The notes under the pieces: generated by a model
What the model was told of the DNA's origin: nothing
Databases searched by the model: none
The model's input: only the letters and a program-made list of their open reading frames with translations
Made by a program: the position numbers and the translations under genes
In this document: positions 47,302 to 57,919 of the stretch, piece by piece
Numbering within the stretch: the stretch's first letter is position 1
Layout: each line of letters starts with the position of its first letter
NCBI GenBank assembly: GCA_965248835.1
Contig: CBDFLJ010000002.1
Location: 2,400,001 to 2,464,000, forward strand
DNA: 64,000 nt
Direction of reading: 5' to 3'
Source of the DNA: Alphaproteobacteria bacterium
GTDB taxonomy: Bacteria > Pseudomonadota > Alphaproteobacteria > MPNO01

Positions 47302-48345
47302 ATGAAAGTCGGGCTTTTCGATCACCTGGAGCGGTCGGGCGACCGGCCCCTGGCGACCCAGTTCGACGAGCGGCTGGAGTTCGCTGCCGCCGCCGACCAG
47401 GCGGGGCTCTATTGCCTGCACGTAGCCGAGCATCACTCCTCGCCGCTCAACATGGTGCCGGCGCCGGGCGTCTACCTGGCCGCGGTCGCGCGCGCGACCC
47501 GGCGGATCCGGCTGGGGCCGCTGGTCTATCTGCTGACGCTGTATACCCCGCTCAAGCTGGCCGAGGAGGTCTGCATGCTCGACCACCTGAGCCGAGGCCG
47601 GCTCGAGATCGGCGTCGGGCGCGGCGTCTCGCCGTTCGAGCTCAATTACCACCACGTCGATCATGCCGAGTCGCGGGAGATCTTCTTCGATGCCTATGAC
47701 TGCCTGAAGGCCGCGCTCGGCGAGGACCGGTTCAGCTATCACGGCACGCATTTCGACTACGACGACGTACCGATGCCGTTGCGCCCGCTGCAGACGCCCC
47801 ATCCGCCGTTCTGGTACGGCTCGTCGAACACCATCGGGGCGACCTGGGCGGGCGAGCAGGGGATGCACTTCGTCGCCAACGGCCCGGTCTCGCTCGCCAA
47901 GCCCAACATCGAAGCGTTCCGCGAGGCGTTGGCGGCGCGTGGCGGCGCGGCCCAGCCCAAGGCGGCCTTCCAGGGCGGCACCGCGATCGGCATGCTGCGC
48001 CACGTCGTGGTGGCGGAGACCGACGCCGACGCCCGCCGGATCGCCAAACCGGCGATGGACCATCACGCCGGAAGCCTGCACTGGCTGCGCAGGATGCATG
48101 GCGCGGATGCCTTGGCCGGCCGCCTCAACATGCCGCACGGCGAGACTTTCGAGCAATGGGAGGAGGCCAGGATGGTCATCGCGGGCTCGCCGGAGACCGT
48201 CCGCGCCGAACTCGAAGCCCAGATCGCCGAGACCGGCATCAACTACCTGGTCACCTACCTCTTCTTCGGCACCATGGCGCTGTCCGATGCCATGCGCTCT
48301 CTCGACCTGTTCTCCGAAGAAGTCATGCCGAAGCTCGGCGCGTGA
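47302..48345 (+). CDS. Luciferase-like (LLM) flavin-dependent oxidoreductase
   Basis: VAEHH, TRRIRLG.LV, P..LAEE..MLDHLS.GRLE.GVGRG, PLQ.PHPP, AGSPETV. Confidence 0.9.
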   Translation: MKVGLFDHLERSGDRPLATQFDERLEFAAAADQAGLYCLHVAEHHSSPLNMVPAPGVYLAAVARATRRIRLGPLVYLLTLYTPLKLAEEVCMLDHLSRGRLEIGVGRGVSPFELNYHHVDHAESREIFFDAYDCLKAALGEDRFSYHGTHFDYDDVPMPLRPLQTPHPPFWYGSSNTIGATWAGEQGMHFVANGPVSLAKPNIEAFREALAARGGAAQPKAAFQGGTAIGMLRHVVVAETDADARRIAKPAMDHHAGSLHWLRRMHGADALAGRLNMPHGETFEQWEEARMVIAGSPETVRAELEAQIAETGINYLVTYLFFGTMALSDAMRSLDLFSEEVMPKLGA

Positions 48346-48455
48346 GAGGCCGGGTGCTGCAGACGGGCCTTGCCCCGCCCGCCCGGGGCGGACATGGTTG
48401 CGGGGTCAGGGACAAGGGGCGGCTGGTCGTGCAGCGCGCCCAAGGGAGGAATGCG

Positions 48456-49457
48456 ATGAGACGGATCGGAATCGGGATTGCCGCCGCGATGCTGGCGGCC
48501 GTAGGAGTCCAGGCAACCGGGGTTGCCGCAAAGGAGCTCAAGTTCGCGAGCTTCGTGCCGCCGCAATACATCCTGCACAAGCCGATCTTCCTGAAGCTCG
48601 GTGCGGATCTGGCCAAGGCGACCAACGGGAAGGTGACCATCAAGGTCTACGCCGCCGGTGCCCTGGGCAAGGGGCCGGTCGAGCAGTACCAACGTGCGGT
48701 CCGGCGGATCGCCGACATCGCATACGGGCTGCCGGGCTACACGTCCTCGCTGTTTCCCAAGACGCTTCTGATCGAGTTGCCCGGCGTGACCCGTGGCCAC
48801 CAGGATGCGACGCGGAAAATCTGGAAGGTGATGGATCGGCACTTGCGCGCCGAGTTCAAGCGGACGGTGCCGCTGGCCGTCTTCGTCACCCCGCCGGCCA
48901 TCTTCATGATGCGTGACAAGCCGGTGCGCGGACTGGCCGACCTCAAGGGGCTCAAGATCCGCGTCGCCTCGAGGTCCGCGGCCGCGGTGATCTCGGCCTA
49001 CGGCGCGACCCCGGTTCAGATGCCGGCGACCAAGGTCTACACCTCGATGAGCACGGGTGTCGTCGACGGCGCGCTGATGGGATCGGATTCGCTGCTGATC
49101 TTCAAGCTGATCGAGCCCACGAAATACATCACCACCGGGCTGCCGGAGATGCCGACGACGATCTTCATGGTGATGAACGAAGCGGCCTACAACGAGCTCG
49201 CGCCCGATGAGCGCAAGGCGCTCGACGGCCTGACCGGGCTCGACATCAGCCTGCGCTCGGCGCAGGGGCTTGCGAAGTTCGGCCAGATTGCGCTGTCGAA
49301 GTTCGCAAAGATCCCCGGCAAGACCACCGTCGCGCTGACCCCGGAGGCGCGCGCCGCGTTCGGCGCCCGCGCCCAGGCTGCGGTCGCCGGTCTGCTCAAG
49401 GAGCTCGACGGGCGCGGGCTGCCGGCAAGCCGGGTCGTCGATGCGATGAAGAACTGA
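48456..49457 (+). CDS. dctP: TRAP transporter substrate-binding protein DctP
   Basis: Signal peptide, RBS GGAGG; ATNGKV.I..Y..G.LG, DLKGLKIR, GVVDG. Confidence 0.85.
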   Translation: MRRIGIGIAAAMLAAVGVQATGVAAKELKFASFVPPQYILHKPIFLKLGADLAKATNGKVTIKVYAAGALGKGPVEQYQRAVRRIADIAYGLPGYTSSLFPKTLLIELPGVTRGHQDATRKIWKVMDRHLRAEFKRTVPLAVFVTPPAIFMMRDKPVRGLADLKGLKIRVASRSAAAVISAYGATPVQMPATKVYTSMSTGVVDGALMGSDSLLIFKLIEPTKYITTGLPEMPTTIFMVMNEAAYNELAPDERKALDGLTGLDISLRSAQGLAKFGQIALSKFAKIPGKTTVALTPEARAAFGARAQAAVAGLLKELDGRGLPASRVVDAMKN

Positions 49458-49479
49458 CCGGCCGAGCGGGGCGGCGCGG

Positions 49480-49986
49480 ATGAAGCCGCTCGATGGGCTC
49501 TGCGCCGCCCTTGCCGTCCTGTCCGGCGCGATCCTGCTCTGCCTGATCGGGCTTACCTTCGTCGACGTGGTGATGCGCTATGTCTTCTCGGCCCCGATCC
49601 TCGGCGCCAAGGACCTGCTGCAGATGGGCATGGTCCTGGTCTTCGCCTTCGCCCTGCCGCTCACCTGGCGGATGGGAGGGCACATCGTGGTCGACCTGAT
49701 CCCGGACTATCCGCTCCGCGGCCTGACGGTCGGCCGTGACGTCGCCGTCCGGCTGATCGGGCTGTTCATCTTCGCGGTGCTCGCTTCGCAGGCGTGGCTG
49801 CGCGCCGATGACGCCGCGCTGTTCAACGAAGCCACCAACATGATCGAGGTGCCGTTCCGGCCCTTCTTCCAGGCGCTCGCCGTCGCGGCCGCGATCCAGG
49901 TGCTGGTCCTGTGCGTCGAGACGGCGTGGCTGATCGCCGGCCGGCCGGTGGCGCTGACGATCGCCTGGCTGCGCCCCGCCGACTAG
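49480..49986 (+). CDS. dctQ: TRAP transporter small permease
   Basis: Four TMs, DV.MRY.F..PI.G, GHI.VD. Confidence 0.85.
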   Translation: MKPLDGLCAALAVLSGAILLCLIGLTFVDVVMRYVFSAPILGAKDLLQMGMVLVFAFALPLTWRMGGHIVVDLIPDYPLRGLTVGRDVAVRLIGLFIFAVLASQAWLRADDAALFNEATNMIEVPFRPFFQALAVAAAIQVLVLCVETAWLIAGRPVALTIAWLRPAD

Positions 49987-49988
49987 GG

Positions 49989-51329
49989 ATGGATCCGACT
50001 TTTCTCGGCATCCTGGGTTTCGTTCTGATTCTCGCCCTGATGAGCCAGCGCGTGCCCGTCGCGCTGGCAATGATCATCGTCGGCTTCGCCGGCCTGGTCG
50101 TAATCAACAGTTGGGCGGCGGCGCTGGCGACGCTGGTGACCGAGACCTGGAGCACGGCGATCTTCTACGAGCTCACCGTGATCCCGTTCTTCGTCCTGAT
50201 GGGCAATGTCGCCTCGATGTGCGGCATGAGCCGGGACCTCTACAACGCCGCCAACGCCTGGGTTGGCTGGATGCGGGGCGGCCTTGCGCACTCGACCGTG
50301 CTTGGCTGCACCGGCTTCGCGGCGCTGTCGGGCTCCTCGGTCGCCTCGGCGCTGACCATCGGCCGGGTCGCGATGCCCGAGATGAGCCGCTTCGGCTACG
50401 ACCGCAGGCTGGCGGCCGGCGCGGTCGCGGCCGGCGGCACGCTCGGCATCCTCATACCGCCTTCGACCGGGTTCGTGATCTACGCCATCCTGACCGAGGA
50501 ATCGATCGGCCGGCTGTTCCTGGCCGGCGTCATCCCCGGCATCATCCTGGCCGGCTTTTTTCTTTTCACCATCTTCATCCAGACCACGATCCGGCCGCAG
50601 CTCGGCCCCGCGGCGCGGCGCTACGACTGGCGCGAAAAGCGCGCTGCGCTGCTGCGCGGCTTCTCGATCATCTTCATCATCGTCGTCTCGATCGGCGGCA
50701 TCTATGGCGGCGTGTTCACCCCGGTGGAGGCGGCCGCGGTGGGCGCGGTGCTGGCGATGGCCTTCGCGGCCGCCCGGCGCCGGTTCACGCCGAGGCTGGT
50801 CGCCGATGCGCTGCTGAACACCGTCTCGACGACGGTGATGATCTATTTCATCATCATCGGGGCCGCGATCTTCTCGCCGTTCCTGGCGCTCACCCAGATC
50901 CCGGAGAACCTCGCCGGCGCGCTCAAGGGGCTCGACCTCGGCCCGGTGACCCTGCTGGTGATCGTGCTCGCGACCTTCATCGCGCTGGGAACGTTCCTCG
51001 ACGGGTTCGCGATGATGGTGCTGATCCTGCCGATCGTGCTGCCGATCATCGAGCAGTCACAGATCCCGGCCTTCCTCGCGCTGGACCCCGAGTCCAGCGA
51101 CCTGCGGATCTGGTTCGGCGTGGTCATGGTGGTGATCCTGGAGATGGCGCTGATCAGCCCACCGGTCGGCATGAACGTCTTCGTCGTCAAGAGTGTGGCC
51201 CGCGACGTCTCGATGCGCGACATCTATGTCGGGATCCTGCCGTTCTGGGCGGCGATGATGGCCTGCCTTGTGATCCTGGTCGCCTTCCCCGAGCTGTCGC
51301 TGATCCTACCCAACACCATGCTCAACTGA
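49989..51329 (+). CDS. dctM: TRAP transporter large permease
   Basis: IPFFVLMG, SGSS.A, GGTLGILIPPS, GGIYGGVFTP.EAA, SPPVGMN.FV. Confidence 0.9.
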   Translation: MDPTFLGILGFVLILALMSQRVPVALAMIIVGFAGLVVINSWAAALATLVTETWSTAIFYELTVIPFFVLMGNVASMCGMSRDLYNAANAWVGWMRGGLAHSTVLGCTGFAALSGSSVASALTIGRVAMPEMSRFGYDRRLAAGAVAAGGTLGILIPPSTGFVIYAILTEESIGRLFLAGVIPGIILAGFFLFTIFIQTTIRPQLGPAARRYDWREKRAALLRGFSIIFIIVVSIGGIYGGVFTPVEAAAVGAVLAMAFAAARRRFTPRLVADALLNTVSTTVMIYFIIIGAAIFSPFLALTQIPENLAGALKGLDLGPVTLLVIVLATFIALGTFLDGFAMMVLILPIVLPIIEQSQIPAFLALDPESSDLRIWFGVVMVVILEMALISPPVGMNVFVVKSVARDVSMRDIYVGILPFWAAMMACLVILVAFPELSLILPNTMLN

Positions 51330-53705
51330 TCCGCCCGCCGCGATCGCCCGCCAGATGCGCTCCGCCGTCAGCGGCATGGCGATGTCGGTGACGCCGTGCT
51401 CAGACAGCGCATCGAGCGTGGCCGCAACCAGGGCGGCCGGCGCCCCGATGGTGCCCGATTCGCCGCAGCCCTTGGCACCGAGCGGGTTGTGGGTGCAGGG
51501 CTGGGACTCCTCGACCTCCGAATGGAAGGACGGCAGGTCGTCCGCCCGCGGGATCGCATAGTCCATCAAGGAGCCCGAAAGAAGCTGGCCGCTGGCGGGA
51601 TCGTAGACCACATGCTCAAGCATCGCCTGGCCGAGGCCCTGGGCGAGCCCGCCATGGATCTGGCCCTCGACGATCATCGGATTGACCACCGTGCCGACGT
51701 CATCGACCACCCAGTAGGCGGCGATCGCAAGGGCGCCGGTGTCCGGGTCGATCTCGACCTCGGCAACATGGGCGCCGTTGGAAAAAGCGAAATTCTTGGG
51801 GTCGTAGAACGCGGTCTCGGTGAGGCCCGGCTCCAGGGTTTCGTGCGGGTAGTCGTGGGGGACATGCGCCCGCTCGGCAACCGCGGCGAACGGCACCGAG
51901 CGGTCGGTGCCGGCAATGGTGAATTCGCCGTCGGCAAAGGCGATATCGTCCTCGGAGGCCTCCAGCATGTGGGCGGCGATGCGCCTGCCCTTCTCGATCA
52001 CCTTGTCGGCGGCGTGGCACAGCGCCGAGCCGCCGACCGCGAGCGAACGCGAGCCGAAGGTGCCGGTGCCGAACTGGACCAGAGCCGTATCCCCTTCGAC
52101 GATCTCGATCTTGTCCAGCCCGATTCCGAAACGTTCCGACAGAACCTGGGCAAAGGTCGTCGCGTGGCCCTGGCCGTGGTTGTGGGTGCCGAGCAACGCC
52201 CGCAGGCTTCCCTGGCGGTCGACGCGGAGCTCGGCGGATTCGAACATCGCCAGCCGTCCGCCGAAGGCGCCGAGCAGCCGCGAGGGCGCAACGCCCGAGG
52301 ACTCGACATAGTTGGCGATGCCGATGCCGCGCAGCCGGCCGCGTGCCTTCGCCTCGGCCCGGCGCCGGGCGAAACCGTCATAATCGGACGCCGCGAGGAC
52401 ACGGCCCATGACGCGTGGAAAATCGCCGCAATCATAAGTCGGCCCGATCGGGGTCGCATAGGGCATGGCGGAAGCGGGGATAAGGTTGCGGCGGCGGATC
52501 TCGGCACGGTCGAGCCCGGTGGCCGAAGCGGCTTTGTCGGCCAGCCGCTCCAGCACGTAGCAGGCCTCGGGCCGCCCGGCCCCGCGATAGGCATCCGTCG
52601 GCGTGGTGTTGGTGAAGACCCCGGTGACCTGGACGTGGATCGCCGGCGTCTTGTAGACGCCGGCCAGCAGCGCCGTATAGATCGCGCTCGGGATGCCCGC
52701 ACCGACGGTCGAGTTGTAGGCACCGAGATCGGCGTGGGTCGCGACCCGCAGGCCGAGGAAAATCCCCTGACGGTCGATCGCGAGGCGGGCCGTCGTGCGG
52801 TGGTCGCGCGCCTGCAAATCGCAGGCGAACGCCTCGCTGCGGTCGGCGGTCCAGCGGACCGCACGGCCGAGGCGCCGTGCCACCCAGGCGAGGATGGTCT
52901 CCTCGGGGTAGTGCTTGCCCTTGTAGCCGAACCCGCCGCCGACATCGGGCGCGACCACCCGGACCCGCGCCTCGTCGATCCCGAGCTGGCCGGCGACCGA
53001 GCGCCGGATCATGTGCACCACCTGGGTGCTGTCATACAGCGTAATCGCGTCCTCGATCGGGTCGTAGAGGGCCGCTATCGCGCGCGGCTCGATCGCCGTT
53101 CCGATCAGCCGGTTGTTGTAGATCTCGACCTCGAGCACATGGGCGGCCGCGGCGATCGCGGCATCGACCGCGTCCGGATCGCCGCGTTCCCAGATGAAGC
53201 AGATATTGCCCGGCGCCTCGTCGTGGAGGATCGGCGCGCCTTCGGCCGCGGCGGCGCGCGAGCCGATAGCGGCCGGCAGCGGGGCATAATCGACCGCCAC
53301 GGCCTCGGCGCCGTCGGCGGCGGCTTCCCGGGTCTCGGCCACGACGACAGCGATCGCCTCGCCGACATGGCGCACCCGGTCGCGGGCCAGCGCCCAGCGC
53401 GGCGGCTCGGCCATCGGCTTGCCGTCTTTGCTGGGGACCGCCCAGAGCGGCGCCATGGGGCCGAGCCCGTCGGCAGCCATGTCGGCCCCGCTGAGGACCG
53501 TCACCACACCGGGCACGGCCAGCGCCGCGCCAGCGTCTACGCCGCGCAGCGCGGCATGGGCATGGACCGAGCGAACAATCCGGCAATGGAGCGCGCCCGG
53601 CACCGCCATATCCGCGACGTAGCGGCCCTGTCCGGTCAGGAACTTGCGGTCTTCCTTGCGCAGGACCGATGCGCCGATCCCCTGATGCTCGCTGGTCATC
53701 GTCAT
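51306..53705 (-). CDS. Xanthine dehydrogenase-family molybdopterin-binding large subunit (CoxL form II-like)
   Basis: RKEDRKFLTG.G.Y, VGGGFG.K, AYRGAGRPEA, HGQGH.T, NPLGAKGCGE. Confidence 0.9.
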   Translation of the reverse strand: MTMTSEHQGIGASVLRKEDRKFLTGQGRYVADMAVPGALHCRIVRSVHAHAALRGVDAGAALAVPGVVTVLSGADMAADGLGPMAPLWAVPSKDGKPMAEPPRWALARDRVRHVGEAIAVVVAETREAAADGAEAVAVDYAPLPAAIGSRAAAAEGAPILHDEAPGNICFIWERGDPDAVDAAIAAAAHVLEVEIYNNRLIGTAIEPRAIAALYDPIEDAITLYDSTQVVHMIRRSVAGQLGIDEARVRVVAPDVGGGFGYKGKHYPEETILAWVARRLGRAVRWTADRSEAFACDLQARDHRTTARLAIDRQGIFLGLRVATHADLGAYNSTVGAGIPSAIYTALLAGVYKTPAIHVQVTGVFTNTTPTDAYRGAGRPEACYVLERLADKAASATGLDRAEIRRRNLIPASAMPYATPIGPTYDCGDFPRVMGRVLAASDYDGFARRRAEAKARGRLRGIGIANYVESSGVAPSRLLGAFGGRLAMFESAELRVDRQGSLRALLGTHNHGQGHATTFAQVLSERFGIGLDKIEIVEGDTALVQFGTGTFGSRSLAVGGSALCHAADKVIEKGRRIAAHMLEASEDDIAFADGEFTIAGTDRSVPFAAVAERAHVPHDYPHETLEPGLTETAFYDPKNFAFSNGAHVAEVEIDPDTGALAIAAYWVVDDVGTVVNPMIVEGQIHGGLAQGLGQAMLEHVVYDPASGQLLSGSLMDYAIPRADDLPSFHSEVEESQPCTHNPLGAKGCGESGTIGAPAALVAATLDALSEHGVTDIAMPLTAERIWRAIAAGGSVEHGVG

Positions 53706-53798
53706 CACACCTCGGGAGGCTGGTTTGCGGCCAACAGTGCGCGGATCGGCGCGCGGTGTCGAGCGGGCCGGCCCGACTCCTGTCAAGCGGGCAATGCG

Positions 53799-54185
53799 TT
53801 AGTCGCCGCCGACCAGCGGCGGGAGGCCGCCTTCGAGCATGGGGCCCAGCGCACGGCCGCCGAAGATGTGGAAGTGGAGGTGCGGGACGTCCTGGTGCGA
53901 CCGCCTGCCGTGATTGGTGAGCACCCGGTAGCCGTCGGCGACCAGGTCGAGCGCCTCGGCGACCTTGCCGATCGCGCGCACCAGCCCGGCCTGCTCGGCC
54001 TCGGACGCCTTGGCCGAGAAATCGGCCATCGAGGCATATTGCCCTTTGGGAACCACCAGGGCATGGACCGGCGCCTGAGGCGCGATGTCGTGGAAGGCCA
54101 GCGCGTGGTCGTCTTCGTAGATCTTCCTGCACGGCACCTCGCCGCGCAGGATCTTCGCGAACACGTTCGAGTCGTCGTAGGTCAT
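53799..54185 (-). CDS. Histidine triad (HIT) nucleotide-binding protein
   Basis: NVFAKILRGE.PC, AFHDI.PQAP.H.LV, HLHFH triad. Confidence 0.9.
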   Translation of the reverse strand: MTYDDSNVFAKILRGEVPCRKIYEDDHALAFHDIAPQAPVHALVVPKGQYASMADFSAKASEAEQAGLVRAIGKVAEALDLVADGYRVLTNHGRRSHQDVPHLHFHIFGGRALGPMLEGGLPPLVGGD

Positions 54186-54187
54186 CG

Positions 54188-54523
54188 TCAGTCCCCGCTG
54201 CGCCGGCGCTTCTCGTCGTGGCCGGAAATACCCTCGCGCCGGGCAAGCTCGGCCCAGACGTCCTGCGGCCTTACCCCGGCCGCGGCCCAGCTCACCAGGA
54301 GATGATAGAGCAGGTCGGCGCTTTCGGAGATCAGCCGCCGGTTGACGCCAGTGGTCGCGGCGATCACCGTCTCGACCGCCTCTTCGCCGAGCTTCTGGGC
54401 GATCGCCTCGTTGCCCTTGGCGAGCAGGCTTGCGGTATAGGACGCGTCGGGATCGCCGCCGCGGCGGCTTTCGATCACGCGATAGAGCCGTTCCAGGACG
54501 GCGCTGTCCTCACCCTCTTCCAT
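54188..54523 (-). CDS. hisE: Phosphoribosyl-ATP diphosphatase
   Basis: SYTA.L..KG...IAQKLGEEAVE, ESADLLYHL, EL.RREG.SG. Confidence 0.95.
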   Translation of the reverse strand: MEEGEDSAVLERLYRVIESRRGGDPDASYTASLLAKGNEAIAQKLGEEAVETVIAATTGVNRRLISESADLLYHLLVSWAAAGVRPQDVWAELARREGISGHDEKRRRSGD

Positions 54524-54557
54524 GGCATTGCCGCCTTAGCAGATACGCCGGGCGCTG

Positions 54558-55316
54558 TCACGGCCGGACCGCGACGCCGCCGGCCCGCATATGCGCCTTC
54601 GCGGCGGCGATGGTGAACTCCCCGAAATGGAAGATCGAGGCGGCCAGAACCGCACTCGCACGGCCCTCGCGGATGCCTTCGACGAGGTGGTCGAGCGTGC
54701 CCACCCCGCCCGAGGCAATCACCGGAACCGTGACCGCATCGGCAATCCGCCGGGTCAGCGCGATATCGAAGCCCCGGCGCGTGCCGTCGCGGTTCATCGA
54801 GGTGAGCAGGATCTCGCCCGCTCCGTGCTCGGTCATGCGCCGGGCCCAATCGACGGCGTCGATCCCGGTCGGCCGACGACCGCCATGGGTGAAGATCTCG
54901 AACCGGTCGCCGGCGACCGCCTTGGCATCGATCGCAACGACGATGCATTGAGTGCCGAATTTCTGCGCGGCCTCGCGGACGAACGCGGGCCGGTCGACCG
55001 CGGCGGTGTTGATGGAGACTTTGTCGGCGCCGGCGACGAGAAGCTTCCGGATGTCCTCGATCGTCCGGACGCCGCCGCCGACGGTCAGCGGCATGAAGCA
55101 CTGCTCGGCGGTGCGGCCGACGACATCGAGAAGGGTCGCGCGGTTCTCATGCGAGGCGGTGATGTCGAGGAAGCACAGCTCGTCCGCGCCCTGGCCGTCA
55201 TAGACCTTGGCCTGCTCGACCGGATCGCCGGCATCGACAAGGTCGACGAAGTTGATGCCTTTGACGGTCCGTCCGTCCTTGACGTCCAGGCAGGGGATCA
55301 CGCGGGCCTTGAGCAT
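54558..55316 (-). CDS. hisF: Imidazole glycerol phosphate synthase cyclase subunit
   Basis: [44 protein letters not shown]. Confidence 0.97.
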   Translation of the reverse strand: MLKARVIPCLDVKDGRTVKGINFVDLVDAGDPVEQAKVYDGQGADELCFLDITASHENRATLLDVVGRTAEQCFMPLTVGGGVRTIEDIRKLLVAGADKVSINTAAVDRPAFVREAAQKFGTQCIVVAIDAKAVAGDRFEIFTHGGRRPTGIDAVDWARRMTEHGAGEILLTSMNRDGTRRGFDIALTRRIADAVTVPVIASGGVGTLDHLVEGIREGRASAVLAASIFHFGEFTIAAAKAHMRAGGVAVRP

Positions 55317-55318
55317 GC

Positions 55319-56044
55319 TCAGCCGGCCAGGACCGACAGCGCCTCGGCCGGGTCGATCCGACCGTCATAGAGCGCCCGGCCGCAGATCACGCCGGTGATC
55401 CCGGCCCGCTCGTTGGCCTTGAGCTCCAGCAGGTCCTGGGTCGAGGACACCCCGCCGGAGGCGATCACCGGTGTGGTCAGGGCGAATGCGATGTCGACGG
55501 TCGCTTCGACATTCAGCCCGCCCAGCGCGCCGTCACGGTTGATGTCGGTATAGATGATCGCGGCAAGTCCCGCGTCTTCGAAGCGCAGCGCGAGGTCGAG
55601 CGCGCGCACCTGCGTGGTCTTCGCCCAGCCGTCGGTCGCGACTCGGCCGTTGCGGACATCGATCCCGACCGCAACGCGCCCGGGGTAGCGGGCGCAGGCG
55701 TCCAGGACAAAGTCGGGATCGGCGAGCGCCGAGGTGCCGAGCACCGCCCGTGTCACCCCCGCGCCCAGCCAGTGATCCAGCGTCGGCATGTCGCGGATAC
55801 CGCCGCCGAGCTGAACCGGGATGTCCACCGCCGCGAGGATGCCGGCAACCGCGTCGGTGTTGACCGGCTGGCCTTCGAACGCTCCGTTCAGATCGACCAC
55901 ATGCAGCCATTCGAAGCCCAGGGACCGGAAAACCCGGGCCTGATCGGCGGGGTCGTTGTTGAACACCGTGGCCTCGGTCATCTCGCCGCGCAGCAGGCGG
56001 ACGCACAGACCGTCCTTGATGTCGATCGCCGGGAACAGGATCAC
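55319..56044 (-). CDS. hisA: ProFAR isomerase
   Basis: [44 protein letters not shown]. Confidence 0.95.
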   Translation of the reverse strand: MILFPAIDIKDGLCVRLLRGEMTEATVFNNDPADQARVFRSLGFEWLHVVDLNGAFEGQPVNTDAVAGILAAVDIPVQLGGGIRDMPTLDHWLGAGVTRAVLGTSALADPDFVLDACARYPGRVAVGIDVRNGRVATDGWAKTTQVRALDLALRFEDAGLAAIIYTDINRDGALGGLNVEATVDIAFALTTPVIASGGVSSTQDLLELKANERAGITGVICGRALYDGRIDPAEALSVLAG

Positions 56045-56262
56045 GGCGCGTCCGGTCCGTCGGCGGGGGTGGGAGCGACGAAATTCGTCGTGATCGATGC
56101 CGCGAAGCCCTGGGCCGCGTTGTGGCGCGGCGGCGGGCCGAGCCAGCCGAAGCCGTCGCCCTCGAGGACGGCGGATTCCGAGGCGTCGCACAGATCCGCC
56201 AGGTCGCGCTCGGAGAACGACCCGGCCGTCTCGACGGTGATCTCCGGTGCGGCGAGCATCAT
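56041..56262 (-). pseudogene. Short remnant of the GNAT acetyltransferase usually found between hisH and hisA
   Basis: DL.DLCDA.E.A..EG.GFGWL.PP.R N-terminus retained; only about 73 aa, acetyl-CoA-binding core absent; overlaps both neighbours. Confidence 0.55.
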
Positions 56263-56903
56263 GGCTGCCATTCGAGGAAGTCTCTTATGAACCCGAGGCC
56301 GGTCTGCTGGCTCTTCTCCGGATGGAATTGGGTCCCCAGCATATTCTCACGGCCGACGATGGCGGAAATGTGACCGCCATAGTCGGTTTCGGCCAGGACG
56401 ATGTCGGCCTCCTCGGCGAAGAAGGCGAAGCTGTGGACGAAATAGGCGTGCGCGCCGGCGGCGATCCGGCCTGCCACGGGGTGGTCTTTGCGCCGGACCT
56501 CGAGCTCGTTCCAGCCCATGTGCGGCACCTTGAGCCCGTTCGCCCGCGGCGTGATCGCCGCCACCCGTCCGGGCAGCCAGCCGAGCCCGGCATGACTGCC
56601 GTGCTCCTCGCCGGTACTCGCCATGAGTTGCATGCCGACGCAGATGCCGAGGAACGGCACGCCGGCGCCGCGGACCCGGGCTTCGAGCGCCTCGATCATG
56701 CCGCCGAGTGCCGCGAGCCCGGCCATGCAGTCGGCGAAGGCGCCGACCCCGGGCAGCACGATATGGCTCGCGCGGGCAAGGTCTGCCGGATCGGCGGTCA
56801 CCTCGACCCGCACCGGACCCGGCAGGTCGGACGCCGCGCGCTCGAACGCCTTCGCCGCCGAGCGCAGATTGCCCGAGCCGTAATCGATGATCGCAACCCT
56901 CAC
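56259..56903 (-). CDS. hisH: Imidazole glycerol phosphate synthase glutaminase subunit
   Basis: IIDYGSGNLRS, LPGVGAF, GICVGMQ, PHMGWN, YFVHS, QFHPEKS. Confidence 0.95.
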   Translation of the reverse strand: MRVAIIDYGSGNLRSAAKAFERAASDLPGPVRVEVTADPADLARASHIVLPGVGAFADCMAGLAALGGMIEALEARVRGAGVPFLGICVGMQLMASTGEEHGSHAGLGWLPGRVAAITPRANGLKVPHMGWNELEVRRKDHPVAGRIAAGAHAYFVHSFAFFAEEADIVLAETDYGGHISAIVGRENMLGTQFHPEKSQQTGLGFIRDFLEWQP

Positions 56904-57292
56904 GGCGCACCTGGCCGGTCGTGCTCGAACCATCGCTGGACCGCCCGTTCGGCATCCGGTGCGGCCACGATCGCGGCCAGGTCCATGCCGCGGCGCTCCA
57001 GCGCCCGGCCGCGCCAGTCGTTGGCCGACAGCCCGATATGGGCGGCCAGGCCCAGCACGGCGATGCCGGACGTGACCGCGTCCGCGCCCAAGGCCATGAG
57101 CGCGACATCGAGCCCGGCGATCGCCAGCAGCAGGACCGCCGCCGTCCCCCACAGCCGGTGCCGCAGCGCCCACAGCACAGAGAAAAAGAAGGCCGGCCAG
57201 CACATGCCCTGCCTGACCATAGCGACCGCGCGGTCGCGCTCCACAGAGGACGGATCGACATAGGCGGCATAAAGGCGGATCCGCGCGAACAC
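56900..57292 (-). CDS. DUF2628-type membrane protein
   Basis: V..G..WPAFFF..LWAL..RLW, G..AN.W....L...G; position between hisB and hisH. Confidence 0.7.
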   Translation of the reverse strand: MFARIRLYAAYVDPSSVERDRAVAMVRQGMCWPAFFFSVLWALRHRLWGTAAVLLLAIAGLDVALMALGADAVTSGIAVLGLAAHIGLSANDWRGRALERRGMDLAAIVAAPDAERAVQRWFEHDRPGAP

Positions 57293-57310
57293 GGCCGGTC
57301 TCCGGGCGGT

Positions 57311-57919
57311 TCAGGACGCAGCGTCGGCGCCGCCGATCGTTCCCTTGGTCGACGGGATGTCGGCGGCCGCCCTGGCATCGATCGTGGTCGCCGCCCGCAA
57401 GGCGCGCGCCAGCCCCTTGAAGCAGGATTCCACGATGTGATGGTTGTTCTCGCCATAGAGCGTCTCGACGTGGAGAGTCGCGCCGCTCGACTGGGCGAAG
57501 GCCTGGAACCACTCCTTGAACAGCTCGGTGTCCATCTCGCCCAGCTTGGGACGCGAGAACGCGACCCGCCAGATCAGATAGGGCCGCCCGGAGATGTCCA
57601 GCGCGACGCGAGAGAGCGTCTCGTCCATCGGGATCATCGCCGAGCCGTAGCGGGTGATGCCGCGTCGATCGCCCAGCGCCTGGGCAACGGCCGCGCCGAT
57701 CGCGAGCCCGGTGTCCTCGGTGGTGTGGTGAAAGTCGATATGCAGGTCGCCCAGCGCACGAACGCGCAGGTCGATCAGGCTGTGCCGGGAGAGCTGCTCC
57801 AGCATGTGATCGAGGAACCCGATGCCGGTGGAAACGTCATAGCTGCCACTCCCGTCGAGATCGAGGCCCACCTCGATACGGGTTTCGCGCGTGTGGCGCG
57901 TGATGGTCGCGCTGCGCAT
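57311..57919 (-). CDS. hisB: Imidazoleglycerol-phosphate dehydratase
   Basis: [37 protein letters not shown]. Confidence 0.97.
   Translation of the reverse strand: MRSATITRHTRETRIEVGLDLDGSGSYDVSTGIGFLDHMLEQLSRHSLIDLRVRALGDLHIDFHHTTEDTGLAIGAAVAQALGDRRGITRYGSAMIPMDETLSRVALDISGRPYLIWRVAFSRPKLGEMDTELFKEWFQAFAQSSGATLHVETLYGENNHHIVESCFKGLARALRAATTIDARAAADIPSTKGTIGGADAAS

Noticed and set aside
51306-53705. Aerobic CO dehydrogenase large subunit (coxL)
   Set aside because: Active-site loop is AYRGAGR, not the form I AYRCSFR, and there are no coxM/coxS or accessory genes; CO oxidation cannot be claimed
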